Below, one piece after another: positions 21,015 to 31,133 of a stretch of DNA of 64,000 nucleotides. Below the pieces are notes generated by a model. That model was not told the origin of the DNA. It saw only the letters and a list, made by a program, of their open reading frames with translations, and did not search any database. This stretch comes from Desulfosudaceae bacterium (GTDB lineage: Bacteria; Desulfobacterota; Desulfobacteria; Desulfobacterales; Desulfosudaceae), in assembly GCA_963674745.2 (NCBI GenBank), contig CAXXDV010000003.1:1824001-1888000 (forward strand), in the 5' to 3' direction. Positions within the stretch are counted from its first letter, which is position 1, and each line of letters starts with the position of its first letter. A program made the position numbers and the translations under genes.

Positions 21015-21485
21015 ATGAATTGTACACAATTTAAAAAACTCTATGAAAAATACTGGAATCTTGGCCCAGTAAATAATCAATATTCTTCTGAACATGCAAA
21101 TTGGAACAAGCATAAGGACGAATGTACTTCTTGTTTTGAGTGGTCCAGAACCCAATATTGTATTTATCGTGGGATTGATCCAGACAATCACTGCTGTTTA
21201 AATATGGCATACGCTATCTCCCATCCAATCGAAACAATACATCAGGGGAAAAACCGAATTTTAGATTGGGAAGCAATTACGGACGAATATTTGATCCCGA
21301 TACCTTATGATGGATACAAAGCGACGATCATTAGTTACTGTCCTTTCTGCGGGAAAACTTTACCGGAATCAAAGCGAGACCTATGGTACAAAAAACTTTA
21401 CGAGCTGGGTTATGATGATCCTGGAAAACAAAATATACCACCAGATTTCCGGTCAGATAAATGGTGGCGGAATAGAAACACTTAA
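21015..21485 (+). CDS. DUF6980-like Cys-rich cassette protein
   Basis: HCC..M....I.YCPFCGKTLPESKRDLW..L..LG.DDP....P..F.SD.WW motif. Confidence 0.7.
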   Translation: MNCTQFKKLYEKYWNLGPVNNQYSSEHANWNKHKDECTSCFEWSRTQYCIYRGIDPDNHCCLNMAYAISHPIETIHQGKNRILDWEAITDEYLIPIPYDGYKATIISYCPFCGKTLPESKRDLWYKKLYELGYDDPGKQNIPPDFRSDKWWRNRNT

Positions 21486-21509
21486 CACATATGAGCCGCC
21501 CGGAGTCAA
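21486..21509 (-). promoter_or_regulatory. -35 half of the IS circle-junction promoter
   Basis: TTGACT (21509-21504) + 17 nt + GATAAT, the -10 forming only when joined to the other end (23102-23098). Confidence 0.8.
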
Positions 21510-21970
21510 TAGGGAATAAAAATTTTTTAGGGCCTGAGTTTTTACTCCCCCTTTCCGTTTTTTAAACAGAACGGACTCACTGTCTTTAATTCAAAGCGCG
21601 TAGTAAAATAGCTGCTACAAACACATATTGAGGGTCTCTTACGCAGTATCTGCTGCCGGTTTACCAAGTTGAACAACACAGTGGTAAACGCCCTAGAATA
21701 TATTCGGTGACCTCATGCCGCCCTATTCAAAGGTCGGGGTTGATCACGATACTGCCGTGACCATCCAGTTATAATGCAGGGTCGGGTAAGGCGCAGCGTT
21801 TCCTGTTCCGTTTATTATTTAAATGCCGCCACTCTAATCAACGCCAAGGGATCCCAACCGGTTGCTTTATTGATATTTAAGCAGTCGGGCTGCGGAAATT
21901 CAATTTCACATATCACTGTCAAAGTCATTTTCACAGGTCCCAGTTAGGCATCAAGCTGTGGCGGCAAGCT
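21488..21970 (-). ncRNA. Putative bridge/seek RNA region of the IS1111-type element
   Basis: ~480-nt non-coding 3' end with 8-nt matches to the target attC and to the donor junction; RNA ends unknown. Confidence 0.6.
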
Positions 21971-23014
21971 TTACGTCGGAAGAAACCGTTCCATATTAAA
22001 CGGTTCCTTATGTTTGAGCATATAATACACTGTCCGGCCTAACTTGTGGGCCAGGATGGTAAGTGATTTTCCTTTACTGTGCCGTTTGGTCAATCTATTG
22101 ACATAGGCCTTGATCGGTTCGTTGCCTCTTATGGATAGGACGGCTGCTTCAGAAAAGGCCCATTTTAAATGGGCGTTGCCGATTTTGGCGCCGGAGGTGC
22201 CGTAGATTTTTCCGGCTGACTCTGCCCTGCATTTGACCAGCCGGGCATACGAGGCAAAGTCCTGGACGGTCGGGAACCGGCTGATGTCGTAGATTTCATA
22301 CAAGATGACCAGGCTGATGATGTCGCCGATGCCCGGAACGGATTTCAACAGCATATAGCTGTGGTAATCGTGGCCCTTGGCATGTTTGAGGATATGATAT
22401 TCAACGCTGGAAAGATGCTGGTCATAAAAGCCGATCAGCTGGACATCCAGATCAATGCTTTTCTGGGCGCTGGGATCGTCAAATCGATCTTCGACCAGCT
22501 TGCGATTGGCTTTGTACTTTAAGTTTTTTCCGATCTCCGGCAGGTTGTACTGGGTGTTGGTGTTTTGGATATGCGCGATGAGTTCGCCCCGTTTGCGCGT
22601 CAGATGCATTCTTCTTCGCAGCAGGTCCCGGGTGGCCCGCATCGCGGCGGGGTATACAAAGGCCACCGGGAAATTGCCGCCCCTGATCAGGCTGGCAATT
22701 TTGTATGAGTCGATCCTGTCGTTTTTGGCCTTGCCGCCATGAATGGCTTTCATGTAAAGGGCATGTCCGAGGATAAACGGAATATTGCGGTTTTCGCAGA
22801 AATCTGCTACCCAATACCAGGAGAACATACATTCCACGGCGATGACAAGATCGTCCAGGAAGGGGGAGATCGCACGTTCGAGTGCATCCGGTTTTGATTT
22901 GATTTTTTTGTGATAAACAACCTGACCGTCACTGTCCAGAATACAGACATACAGTGATCTGGCGTGAAGGTCGATACCGCAGTAATACTTGTGCTGTTTG
23001 GTATAGAATTTCAT
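21971..23014 (-). CDS. IS110-family DEDD transposase/recombinase
   Basis: CGIDLH, AVE, KNDRIDS, SVPGIG, ESAGK, GNAHLKWAF motifs; GGAGG RBS before ATG 23014. Confidence 0.95.
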   Translation of the reverse strand: MKFYTKQHKYYCGIDLHARSLYVCILDSDGQVVYHKKIKSKPDALERAISPFLDDLVIAVECMFSWYWVADFCENRNIPFILGHALYMKAIHGGKAKNDRIDSYKIASLIRGGNFPVAFVYPAAMRATRDLLRRRMHLTRKRGELIAHIQNTNTQYNLPEIGKNLKYKANRKLVEDRFDDPSAQKSIDLDVQLIGFYDQHLSSVEYHILKHAKGHDYHSYMLLKSVPGIGDIISLVILYEIYDISRFPTVQDFASYARLVKCRAESAGKIYGTSGAKIGNAHLKWAFSEAAVLSIRGNEPIKAYVNRLTKRHSKGKSLTILAHKLGRTVYYMLKHKEPFNMERFLPT

Positions 23015-23214
23015 TGGGCTTCCTCCTTTGTTTTTGGTTTTTGCCAACTCCAATTTCTCAGCATAATGGTATGCTGTTTGAAGGGGGAGGCTCAATGATT
23101 ATCAATGCCACTCACACAGACTCGCAGGGGCGCGCGGCATTGGTTCTGGCGTAGTTTGGAGTTAAACTCACTTTAGCGAAGTCCGCAATCCCTGCTCGCC
23201 GGTGGTGGCGGACG

Positions 23215-23555
23215 TTCAAGTAAGCTGCCGCAGGTTTATGCGACAATTTTGGGCATTAAGTTATAATTTAGGGGCGAGCACAATTATAAAAAGGGGCTTA
23301 CGCTTCAGTCTTCATAAGCTCGGATCAGCTGGTACATTTTTGTTTTATTTGTGCGATATTCATCGGCATTAAGAACCAGATCCGATTCTGGGAAAAGGCT
23401 GAAAAAATGATTTTGAAGTCTGAAAAAGGGAAATTGATGAACCAATTCCTGGTGGCCGAAGGTAATAATGATTCTAAAAAGGGTCATGTCCAGGGGATAA
23501 AAAAATATTTTAAACGGACAGTCGGTACTTTTCACCATTAATATAGAAGGGCCGA
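23215..23555. other. Cassette without + strand ORF (gene-less or inverted small ORF)
   Basis: GTTCAAGT / ACTTGAAC ends; only a minus-strand ~77-aa ORF (23538-23305). Confidence 0.55.
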
Positions 23556-23660
23556 CTTGAACAATGAGTTGTAGCTGACAAACTGGCTGGCCGACCGAGG
23601 CCAATTTATTTTTTTTCTCTCCAGTTTGCAGCTAACCTCAGACGTTGGATTTGAGAGAGC

Positions 23661-24281
23661 ATGAATAGGATGTCATATTCGCTGGCCTTGATGATTGTGG
23701 TTGCGTCGTTTGTTTGTGGATGCGCAACTCAATCGTCCAGGCAGAGCCTTATCGAAGACATCGATTCTGTAATCCCTCCGGGGTGGTACACGTTCGACCG
23801 CGGAGATGGAATTTGGGTTATCAGAAAACAACCAGTTCGGATGACCAGCTTTCTGTCCTCCTTGGGTGGGAGTGCAGAACCACACTCCAAAACATATCAG
23901 ATTGTGCTTTCCAATGCTGATTTCATTCCCCCATCGGAATTCCATGTTGTCAGAAAGAAGCAGGAGGAGGTCGACGACTTGCGCAAACAAGTGATGGTCA
24001 TTCCGCATGAGAAGGACAAGACGAGGCATCCACGAGATTGGAAATTCCAGCCTCGCACAAAGGCGGAAGAAAACATGATTCTTGAGTACCGGAATAAGTC
24101 TCAACGGATTAAGCCTCTTCCGAACCTCTACTGGAGGCATCACGCATTCCGTATGGATCAAGGGTTCCTAATGGATTCCTTCGAAGTTGAATCTGATGAA
24201 AAGGAATGCATAGCAGTACTCAAGTCCGTTTTGAGTCTATTCAATGAATATGGAGACCAATCCAATTGGGATAGGGAGTAG
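23661..24281 (+). CDS. Putative lipoprotein cassette
   Basis: Lipobox VCGC; present stop is inside the intron, while the original stop lies in the attC once the intron is removed. Confidence 0.75.
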   Translation: MNRMSYSLALMIVVASFVCGCATQSSRQSLIEDIDSVIPPGWYTFDRGDGIWVIRKQPVRMTSFLSSLGGSAEPHSKTYQIVLSNADFIPPSEFHVVRKKQEEVDDLRKQVMVIPHEKDKTRHPRDWKFQPRTKAEENMILEYRNKSQRIKPLPNLYWRHHAFRMDQGFLMDSFEVESDEKECIAVLKSVLSLFNEYGDQSNWDRE

Positions 24282-24974
24282 CCTCACGGCTACCCCCTCC
24301 CACACCACCTGGCATACGGATCACGTACCAAGGCGGTTCGGCTGGTACTGATGAAACCGGCTGTGAGTTATCCCACCAGCTCTACCGGGTTTTCAGAGAA
24401 AGCTCGCTACGTGAATTTCGGCAGCTGCCGCATTATCCCCGTAAGAGATACTCCCTTACTTGCCACCACCATTTACCCGTGCCATTCGGTCCGGGCACCG
24501 TTCCGGCCTTCACCGGGGTGAGTCCTCCGGGTATACTTCTCCCGCTTAAGGGAGGCCCGGCTCGTTTCCGCCGGCTACTATGCCTTCTGCTGACTTCTCC
24601 CCTGCGGTCAGGGCCGGTTACCCGACCCTCAGCCGTTGTACGGCACAGGAGAGATCTCCCGGGGTAAGCACGTGTCTTTCGGTACGTAAATGCCAAGTTT
24701 ACGGACACGCCTTAAGATGGATAGAGGACTTTGCCTTGTGGTGCAGGCTCGTCCCGGCGTGCGCGCCTTATACTCGATTCCTGTGCGTCATCCCGTACCT
24801 TCGCGGTACCCTGCCGCAGCAGGGCGGCTTCCTCCCGAAGCACCGTCACCGGTACCCCGTTGCACTACCGCTACACCCTTCGCCTCCATCAAGCTGGGTC
24901 TAAGACTTGCCAAAATTATCAAATATATGATAGCCTTGGCTCACTTTTAAGAACATGTGCCGTGCCCGGCACAC
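24265..24974 (-). mobile_element. ORF-less group IIC-attC intron, copy 1 (710 nt)
   Basis: 5' GTGTG, 3' CCCAAT; DV GAACCGCC..GTACG; inserted at A|AC of the attC core, bottom strand. Confidence 0.9.
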
Positions 24975-25071
24975 ACAAAGCCATCGACGGCGACTGAGTA
25001 AACCGCGCCTTCGGCACGGTTCCCTCAGCGCGTCATGGCCGACGTTATCATAATAAAAGGTATAATGTATA

Positions 25072-25347
25072 ATGAAGAAGAAAATCAAAAAACAGAAATC
25101 AGAAATACCAGAAACCGATGATTTCGAGCCTGATTGGCTTTATGACAAGCCTACTGATATCAATAAGCCATATACTGATGAAGAAATTGAACTATTTGTT
25201 GAAGGTTTTATTGATGCACACAGTGACACTCAAGCTTGGAAAGAAACGGTACGCAAGATAGGCATAGAAGGAGCAAAACAACAATTAAGAAACGGTTTTA
25301 AAAATACAGACACAAGAAAAGATCGCAAACTACCATCTTTACATTAA
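25072..25347 (+). CDS. Small hypothetical cassette protein
   Basis: Fills the cassette. Confidence 0.7.
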   Translation: MKKKIKKQKSEIPETDDFEPDWLYDKPTDINKPYTDEEIELFVEGFIDAHSDTQAWKETVRKIGIEGAKQQLRNGFKNTDTRKDRKLPSLH

Positions 25348-25473
25348 TATATGATACCAACGCCACTCACACAGACTCGCAGGGGCGGGCCGCCTTGGCT
25401 TTTGCATAGTTTGGTGTTGAACTCACTTTAGCGAAGTCCGCAAACCCTGTTCGCCGGTGGTGGCGGACGTTAT

Positions 25474-27730
25474 TTGCGACCCGAGGTTGTATGATTGAAT
25501 GTGTAAAAGGAGAAAGACCAACACTTATTACACCTGGCGTGTCCCCGCCAGTACCCTAGGATGGCATGCGTGCTGCGCGCTGTGCAGTGGGTATGAAGCC
25601 CATCCGACAACGTACCGAATCAGGAGAAGGCCGTGAGGCCGAATCCTTTCCGGGAACCCCACCCGGTTAAGGGCCAGGGTCAGAAAGATATGACGAGATT
25701 ATTCGAAGAATCGCACGCGCCGTCAGTCGCCGACCGACCTACGGGGGTTAAGAGGTCGAAGACATGCTTCTCTTGTGCTTGCATGTGCGGAGAGGTTGCA
25801 GGTCTATAACGTGCCTGCACGGGACCCATCAGTCCGTCGGTGTCCAGATTCCGTCTAAGTCTTTCGTTAAGGTCAATCATGCAGAACGGGGGAACCCCGT
25901 CACTTCGCCCGACGCAAGGTCAGGCAGGCATTACCGTAAGGCGTGCTGTGGGAGGGATGGGATTGAGAGGTTGGAAGAAGCAAATGCCGTCGGGAAAGCC
26001 GGCGGATAGAGCATGAAACATGGCTTAATCACGAAGATCGGCGGTATCGCCCCGATGAATAGTGAGCCGACGTCCAACAGGTGTTTCATTGCGAGAGAAT
26101 CTGGAGAACCTTTGCACATGAGAAAGCAAATGACGGCGAAAGCTGGTGCGCTCATGGACGATGCCGGGATGTGGAAAACCATTGACTGGAAGCAGGCCCG
26201 GCATACCGTTAGAAGACTGCAGGTGCGTATCGCAAAGGCTGTAAAGGAAAACAGGTGGAACAAAGTCAAGGCTCTGCAATATCTGTTGACCCGCTCGTTC
26301 CACGCCAGACTACTGGCTGTCAAACGAGTGACTTCCAATAAGGGGAAAAAGACCCCGGGCGTTGACGGTATCCTGTGGCGGGATGCCGGAGCCAAATGGC
26401 GGGCTGTCCTCAGCCTGCACAGACGTGGATACAGGCCCCAGCCGCTGAGCAGAATCTATATTCCCAAAAAGAACGGCAAGAAAAGACCGCTTTCAATACC
26501 CACCATGAACGACAGGACCATGCAGGCGCTATACAAGCAGGCCCTGGCGCCGGTAGCAGAAACCGTGGCCGACAGGAACTCTTACGGCTTCCGGGAAGGC
26601 AGAGCCTGCGCCGATGCCGTTGAAGCCGCCTTCAATGCGCTGTCCAAGCCCAACTCGGCAACATGGGTACTGGAAGGGGACATCAAGGGATGCTTCGACA
26701 ACATCTCCCATGAATGGATGCTAGCAAATATCCCCATGGATAAAGTCGTTCTGGCCAAGTGGCTGAAGGCCGGATATGTCGAGAACGGTATTATGTACCC
26801 GACAAAAAAAGGGAACGCCACAGGGGGGCATTATTAGCCCCACCTTATCAAACCTAGTCCTGGACGGACTGGAGCAAACCGTGCACAATGCGGTCCGGCG
26901 CCGGTCCCGGGTCAACTTTGTCCGCTATGCCGACGATTTTATCATTACCGGTAAATCCAAACGGATACTGGAGATAAACGTCAAACCAGCGGTAGAGGCG
27001 TTCCTGAGTGAGCGCGGCCTGACGTTATCAACCGAAAAGACCGTGATCACTCACATCAAAAAGGGTTTTACCTTCCTCGGGCAGACCTTCCGCAAGCACG
27101 GCAGAAAGCTTTACATTACACCATCTGCCGACGGCGTTCGCGTCCTTATCCGGAAGGTGAGCGAACATATCCGTAAACACGTTGGTTCGCCGATGCCGGT
27201 CCTGATCAAGAAGCTTAACGCAATACTTCGCGGTTGGGCCAATTACCACCGCCACGTGGTATCATCGGAGATCTTCTCGCGTATCGACACCTTTGTGTTT
27301 GAACAACTATGGCGCATGGTCAGACGACGCCACCCAAACAAGCCCAAAGGATGGCTGGTCAACAAATACTGGTCGGCCCCCAATGGAAAACACTGGTTCA
27401 GCGTCAAACACAAAACTGTAAAAGGCGTAAAGGTCTATACGGTTTTACGAACCTGTGCTATTGGTATTAGAAGATACGTGAAAATCAGAGCAGATGCAAA
27501 TCCTTACTCACCGGAAGACGCCGGATACTTCCAGCGACGCCGGGAAAACAAGGAGAGCAAGCTCTCACCGGCTATGTCACATCGTGAATATCGAGCCATG
27601 GCCGCTTAGGAAGTTAACAGCCGGGTCGTCCACCAGAGCGGCCCTTGAAATGCTTGAGCCGTGTGACGGGAAACTGTCACGCACGGTTCTTAGGGGGGAA
27701 AGGGACCGAAAGGTCCCTGCCCTACCCGGT
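25474..27730 (+). mobile_element. Group II intron (non-C class, En-minus IEP) inserted just after an attC GTT core, top strand
   Basis: 5' TTGCG; DV GAGCCGTGTGACGGGAAACTGTCACGCACGGTTC; DVI hairpin; removal restores GTTATGTTTC, complementary to the cassette end GAAACATA(AC). Confidence 0.88.
26118..27609 (+). pseudogene. ltrA: Group II intron RT/maturase with +1 frameshift
   Basis: RVT_N domain, TPGVDG, PQGG, YADD; frame break in the A7 run at 26804-26810. Confidence 0.85.
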
Positions 27731-27739
27731 GTTTCGTTG

Positions 27740-28225
27740 ATGAAAAAGCTAATCTTTCTAATATTGTTCTTTCCAATAATTTGTTTCGCGAGCGAACTGC
27801 CCCAAGCAGATTCCGTTTTAGTGAAAAAACATGATAGGAAGATGTACCTGATAAAAAATGATAAGCCATTCAAGGAATATAAGATCGTTCTCGGAGCTAA
27901 CCCAAAAGGGCATAAAATTCAGGAGGGCGATGAGCGAACACCCGAAGGGAAATATGTGCTTGATTATAAAAAATCAGATAGCGCCTTTTATAAAGCTATC
28001 CATATTTCTTATCCAAACTTACAGGACAAGAAGAAAGCTCAAGAACTTGGCGTTAATCCAGGTGGCGCAATCATGATACATGGACAAAAAAATGGGTTAA
28101 GTTGGCTGGGCTTTATATCTCAATCGTTCGACTGGACTGATGGTTGCATTGCCGTAACAAACGATGAAATGGATGAAATATGGGATTCCGTGAAAATTGG
28201 AACACCTATTCTGATTGAACCGTGA
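27740..28225 (+). CDS. L,D-transpeptidase (YkuD) family cassette protein
   Basis: Signal peptide; GD.RTPEG, IMIHG, WTDGCIAV catalytic motif. Confidence 0.9.
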   Translation: MKKLIFLILFFPIICFASELPQADSVLVKKHDRKMYLIKNDKPFKEYKIVLGANPKGHKIQEGDERTPEGKYVLDYKKSDSAFYKAIHISYPNLQDKKKAQELGVNPGGAIMIHGQKNGLSWLGFISQSFDWTDGCIAVTNDEMDEIWDSVKIGTPILIEP

Positions 28226-28231
28226 AACATA

Positions 28232-28941
28232 ATTGGGATAGGGAGTAGCCTCACGGCTACCCCCTCCCACACCACCTGGCATACGGATCACGTACCAAGG
28301 CGGTTCGGCTGGTACTGATGAAACCGGCTGTGAGTTATCCCACCAGTTCCACCGGGTTTTCAGAGAAAGCTCGCTACGTGAATTTCGGCAGCTGCCGCAT
28401 TATCCCCGTAAGAGATACTCCCTTACTTGCCACCACCATTTACCCGTGCCATTCGGTCCGGGCACCGTTCCGGCCTTCACCGGGGTGAGTCCTCCGGGTA
28501 TACTTCTCCCGCTTAAGGGAGGCCCGGCTCGTTTCCGCCGGCTACTATGCCTTCTGCTGACTTCTCCCCTGCGGTCAGGGCCGGTTACCCGACCCTCAGC
28601 CGTTGTACGGCACAGGAGAGATCTCCCGGGGTAAGCACGTGTCTTTCGGTACGTAAATGCCAAGTTTACGGACACGCCTTAAGATGGATAGAGGACTTTG
28701 CCTTGTGGTGCAGGCTCGTCCCGGCGTGCGCGCCTTATACTCGATTCCTGTGCGTCATCCCGTACCTTCGCGGTACCCTGCCGCAGCAGGGCGGCTTCCT
28801 CCCGAAGCACCGTCACCGGTACCCCGTTGCACTACCGCTACACCCTTCGCCTCCATCAAGCTGGGTCTAAGACTTGCCAAAATTATCAAATATATGATAG
28901 CCTTGGCTCACTTTTAAGAACATGTGCCGTGCCCGGCACAC
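28232..28941 (-). mobile_element. ORF-less group IIC-attC intron, copy 2 (710 nt)
   Basis: Near-identical to 24265-24974; splits an attC at A|AC. Confidence 0.9.
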
Positions 28942-29073
28942 ACCATTCAGCGCAAGAGGATCGCCAGGGCATTCGAGTTTTGAACACTCGAAGATAATTG
29001 ACCATAAAACAACTTTAAGTCAGTCGGAGGAAGCCCTGGCGCCCTTTGGCTGAAGACGTTCTGCATAAAAAAC

Positions 29074-29109
29074 TTGACCGCTAATTTATGGTATGATATA
29101 TAATACCAC
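29074..29109 (+). promoter_or_regulatory. Putative TA promoter/operator
   Basis: TTGACC and TATAAT boxes (spacing imperfect); TGGTAT..ATACCA inverted repeat. Confidence 0.5.
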
Positions 29110-29529
29110 ATGAAAATTGTTTTAGATACAAATGTTCTTTTCACGGGTTTAAAATCTCGAAAAGGGGCCTCTTTCCTCCTGCTCTCATTTTTGCCGAGCA
29201 AGAAGTTTTCGATCGCGATATCCGTCCCTTTGATTATTGAATATGAATCCGTACTAATGAGGGGCAAACTACCGGCATCGATATCTGAGAAAGACATCGG
29301 TGATGTTATTGATTTCCTCTGCCATATTGGGAACAAGCAAGACATATTCTTCCTTTGGCGACCTTGTTTGCCTGATCCATCAGATGATCTTGTTTTGGAG
29401 GTCGCAGTTGCCGGAGATTGCGATGCGATAATCACTTATAATAAGAAACATTTTAAACACGCCGAGAGATTTGGATTGAATGTTTACGACCCGAAGGAAT
29501 TTCTTATTGAAATAGGAGTATTGAAATGA
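29110..29529 (+). CDS. PIN-domain toxin
   Basis: IVLDTNV, DPSDD, IITYNKKHF motifs. Confidence 0.9.
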   Translation: MKIVLDTNVLFTGLKSRKGASFLLLSFLPSKKFSIAISVPLIIEYESVLMRGKLPASISEKDIGDVIDFLCHIGNKQDIFFLWRPCLPDPSDDLVLEVAVAGDCDAIITYNKKHFKHAERFGLNVYDPKEFLIEIGVLK

Positions 29530-29762
29530 GCACTTTAAGCTTACGAATCCCGCACTCTTTGCACGAACAGATTAGGGTTCTTGCTAAAAGGGAAGGTATT
29601 TCCATCAATCAGTTTGTTGCGTCAGCAGCCTCTGAAAAAATGGCCGCCCTATTAACTGAAGAATATATTGAGGCAAGAGCTAAAAAAGGAAGTATAAAAA
29701 AATTTGAGAAAGTGCTTAAAAAAGTGCCGGATTCAGAACCAGACCATTATGACAGAATATAA
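29526..29762 (+). CDS. Ribbon-helix-helix antitoxin (HicB-like)
   Basis: LSLRIP.SLH....A.REGISINQ; overlaps the toxin stop codon. Confidence 0.85.
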   Translation: MSTLSLRIPHSLHEQIRVLAKREGISINQFVASAASEKMAALLTEEYIEARAKKGSIKKFEKVLKKVPDSEPDHYDRI

Positions 29763-29774
29763 TTAATTTGCAGA

Positions 29775-30484
29775 ATTGGGATAGGGAGTAGCCTCACGGC
29801 TACCCCCTCCCACACCACCTGGCATACGGATCACGTACCAAGGCGGTTCGGCTGGTACTGATGAGACCGGCTGTGAGTTATCCCACCAGTTCCACCGGGT
29901 TTTCAGAGAAAGCTCGCTACGTGAATTTCGGCAGCTGCCGCATTATCCCCGTAAGAGATACTCCCTTACTTGCCACCACCATTTACCCGTGCCATTCGGT
30001 CCGGGCACCGTTCCGGCCTTCACCGGGGTGAGTCCTCCGGGTATACTTCTCCCGCTTAAGGGAGGCCCGGCTCGTTTCCGCCGGCTACTATGCCTTCTGC
30101 TGACTTCTCCCCTGCGGTCAGGGCCGGTTACCCGACCCTCAGCCGTTGTACGGCACAGGAGAGATCTCCCGGGGTAAGCACGTGTCTTTCGGTACGTAAA
30201 TGCCGAGTTTACGGACACGCCTTAAGATGGATAGAGGACTTTGCCTTGTGGTGCAGGCTCGTCCCGGCGTGCGCGCCTTATACTCGATTCCTGTGCGTCA
30301 TCCCGTACCTTCGCGGTACCCTGCCGCAGCAGGGCGGCTTCCTCCCGAAGCACCGTCACCGGTACCCCGTTGCACTACCGCTACACCCTTCGCCTCCATC
30401 AGGCTGGGTCTAAGACTTGCCAAAATTATCAAATATATGATAGCCTTGGATCACTTTTAAGAACATGTGCCGTGCCCGGCACAC
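29775..30484 (-). mobile_element. ORF-less group IIC-attC intron, copy 3 (710 nt)
   Basis: Near-identical to the other two; splits a short (~60 bp) attC. Confidence 0.9.
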
Positions 30485-30553
30485 ACCAGGGCATCCAGCA
30501 GACCGCAAAAAGCCGCGGCTGCTGATGCCCGCCGTTATGCATCTTAAAAAAGC

Positions 30554-30582
30554 TTGACAAAGCGTACGCAATAACGTACATA
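30554..30582 (+). promoter_or_regulatory. Putative yefM-yoeB promoter/operator
   Basis: TTGACA-17-TACATA with two CGTAC palindromic cores. Confidence 0.55.
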
Positions 30583-30619
30583 AAGGTAGGTTCAAAAATT
30601 ATATTATAAGAGGTAAATC

Positions 30620-30862
30620 ATGCCGACATTAACTGCCACAGAAGCAAGGTCAAAACTCTATGGCCTGATCGATGAAACAACTGCGTCCCATGAGCCAATA
30701 ATTATAAAAGGCAAGCGCGGTAATGCAGTGCTTATCTCTGAAGATGACTGGCGCTCTATCCAAGAAACAATTTATCTCTTGAATATTCCAGGTATGCGGG
30801 AATCGATACGAGACGGTTTAGCCACCCCCGTCGAGGAGTGTACAGAGGAACTTGATTGGTAA
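30620..30862 (+). CDS. yefM: Phd/YefM antitoxin
   Basis: ATEARSKL...PIII..KRGNAVLIS...ETIYLL motif. Confidence 0.9.
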   Translation: MPTLTATEARSKLYGLIDETTASHEPIIIKGKRGNAVLISEDDWRSIQETIYLLNIPGMRESIRDGLATPVEECTEELDW

Positions 30863-31122
30863 TGTGGCTGATCGTCTTCACAAAGCAAGCGCAAAAAGAC
30901 GCAAAAAAACTTTCCTCTGCCGGTTTAAAGCCAAAAGCAGAGATGTTGATTGCGGTTTTGCGTGAAAATCCTTTTATGACACCTCCTCCCTATGAAAAGT
31001 TATTGGGTGATTTATCAGGGGCGTATTCCCGTCGCATCAATATTCATCATCGTCTTGTCTATCAAGTTCTTGAGGCTGAAAAAACAGTTAAGATTATACG
31101 AATGTGGACTCATTACGAATAA
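30862..31122 (+). CDS. yoeB: Txe/YoeB toxin
   Basis: EKLLGDLSGAYSRRINIHHRLVY...HYE; coupled to the antitoxin. Confidence 0.9.
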   Translation: MWLIVFTKQAQKDAKKLSSAGLKPKAEMLIAVLRENPFMTPPPYEKLLGDLSGAYSRRINIHHRLVYQVLEAEKTVKIIRMWTHYE

Positions 31123-31133
31123 TTTTTTGCATA

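Larger units (their letters stand above)
21488..23102 (-). mobile_element. Complete IS110-family (IS1111-type) element inserted in attC
   Basis: CA core at 21486-87 and 23103-04; subterminal IR TGAGCC(G/T)CC; long 3' non-coding end; removing it restores a family-A attC. Confidence 0.93.

Noticed and set aside
24433..24997. Repeated short ORFs (MPSADFSPAV..., MSVNLAFTY...)
   Set aside because: They lie in GC-rich intron ribozyme domains and recur only because the intron is repeated.
25045..25073. TTATCA-17-TATAAT promoter in the cassette start
   Set aside because: The -10 overlaps the ATG, so it cannot serve this ORF; weak support.
26804..26813. Classical -1 programmed frameshift (A AAA AAG)
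   Set aside because: Restoring the RT needs a +1 shift, not -1.
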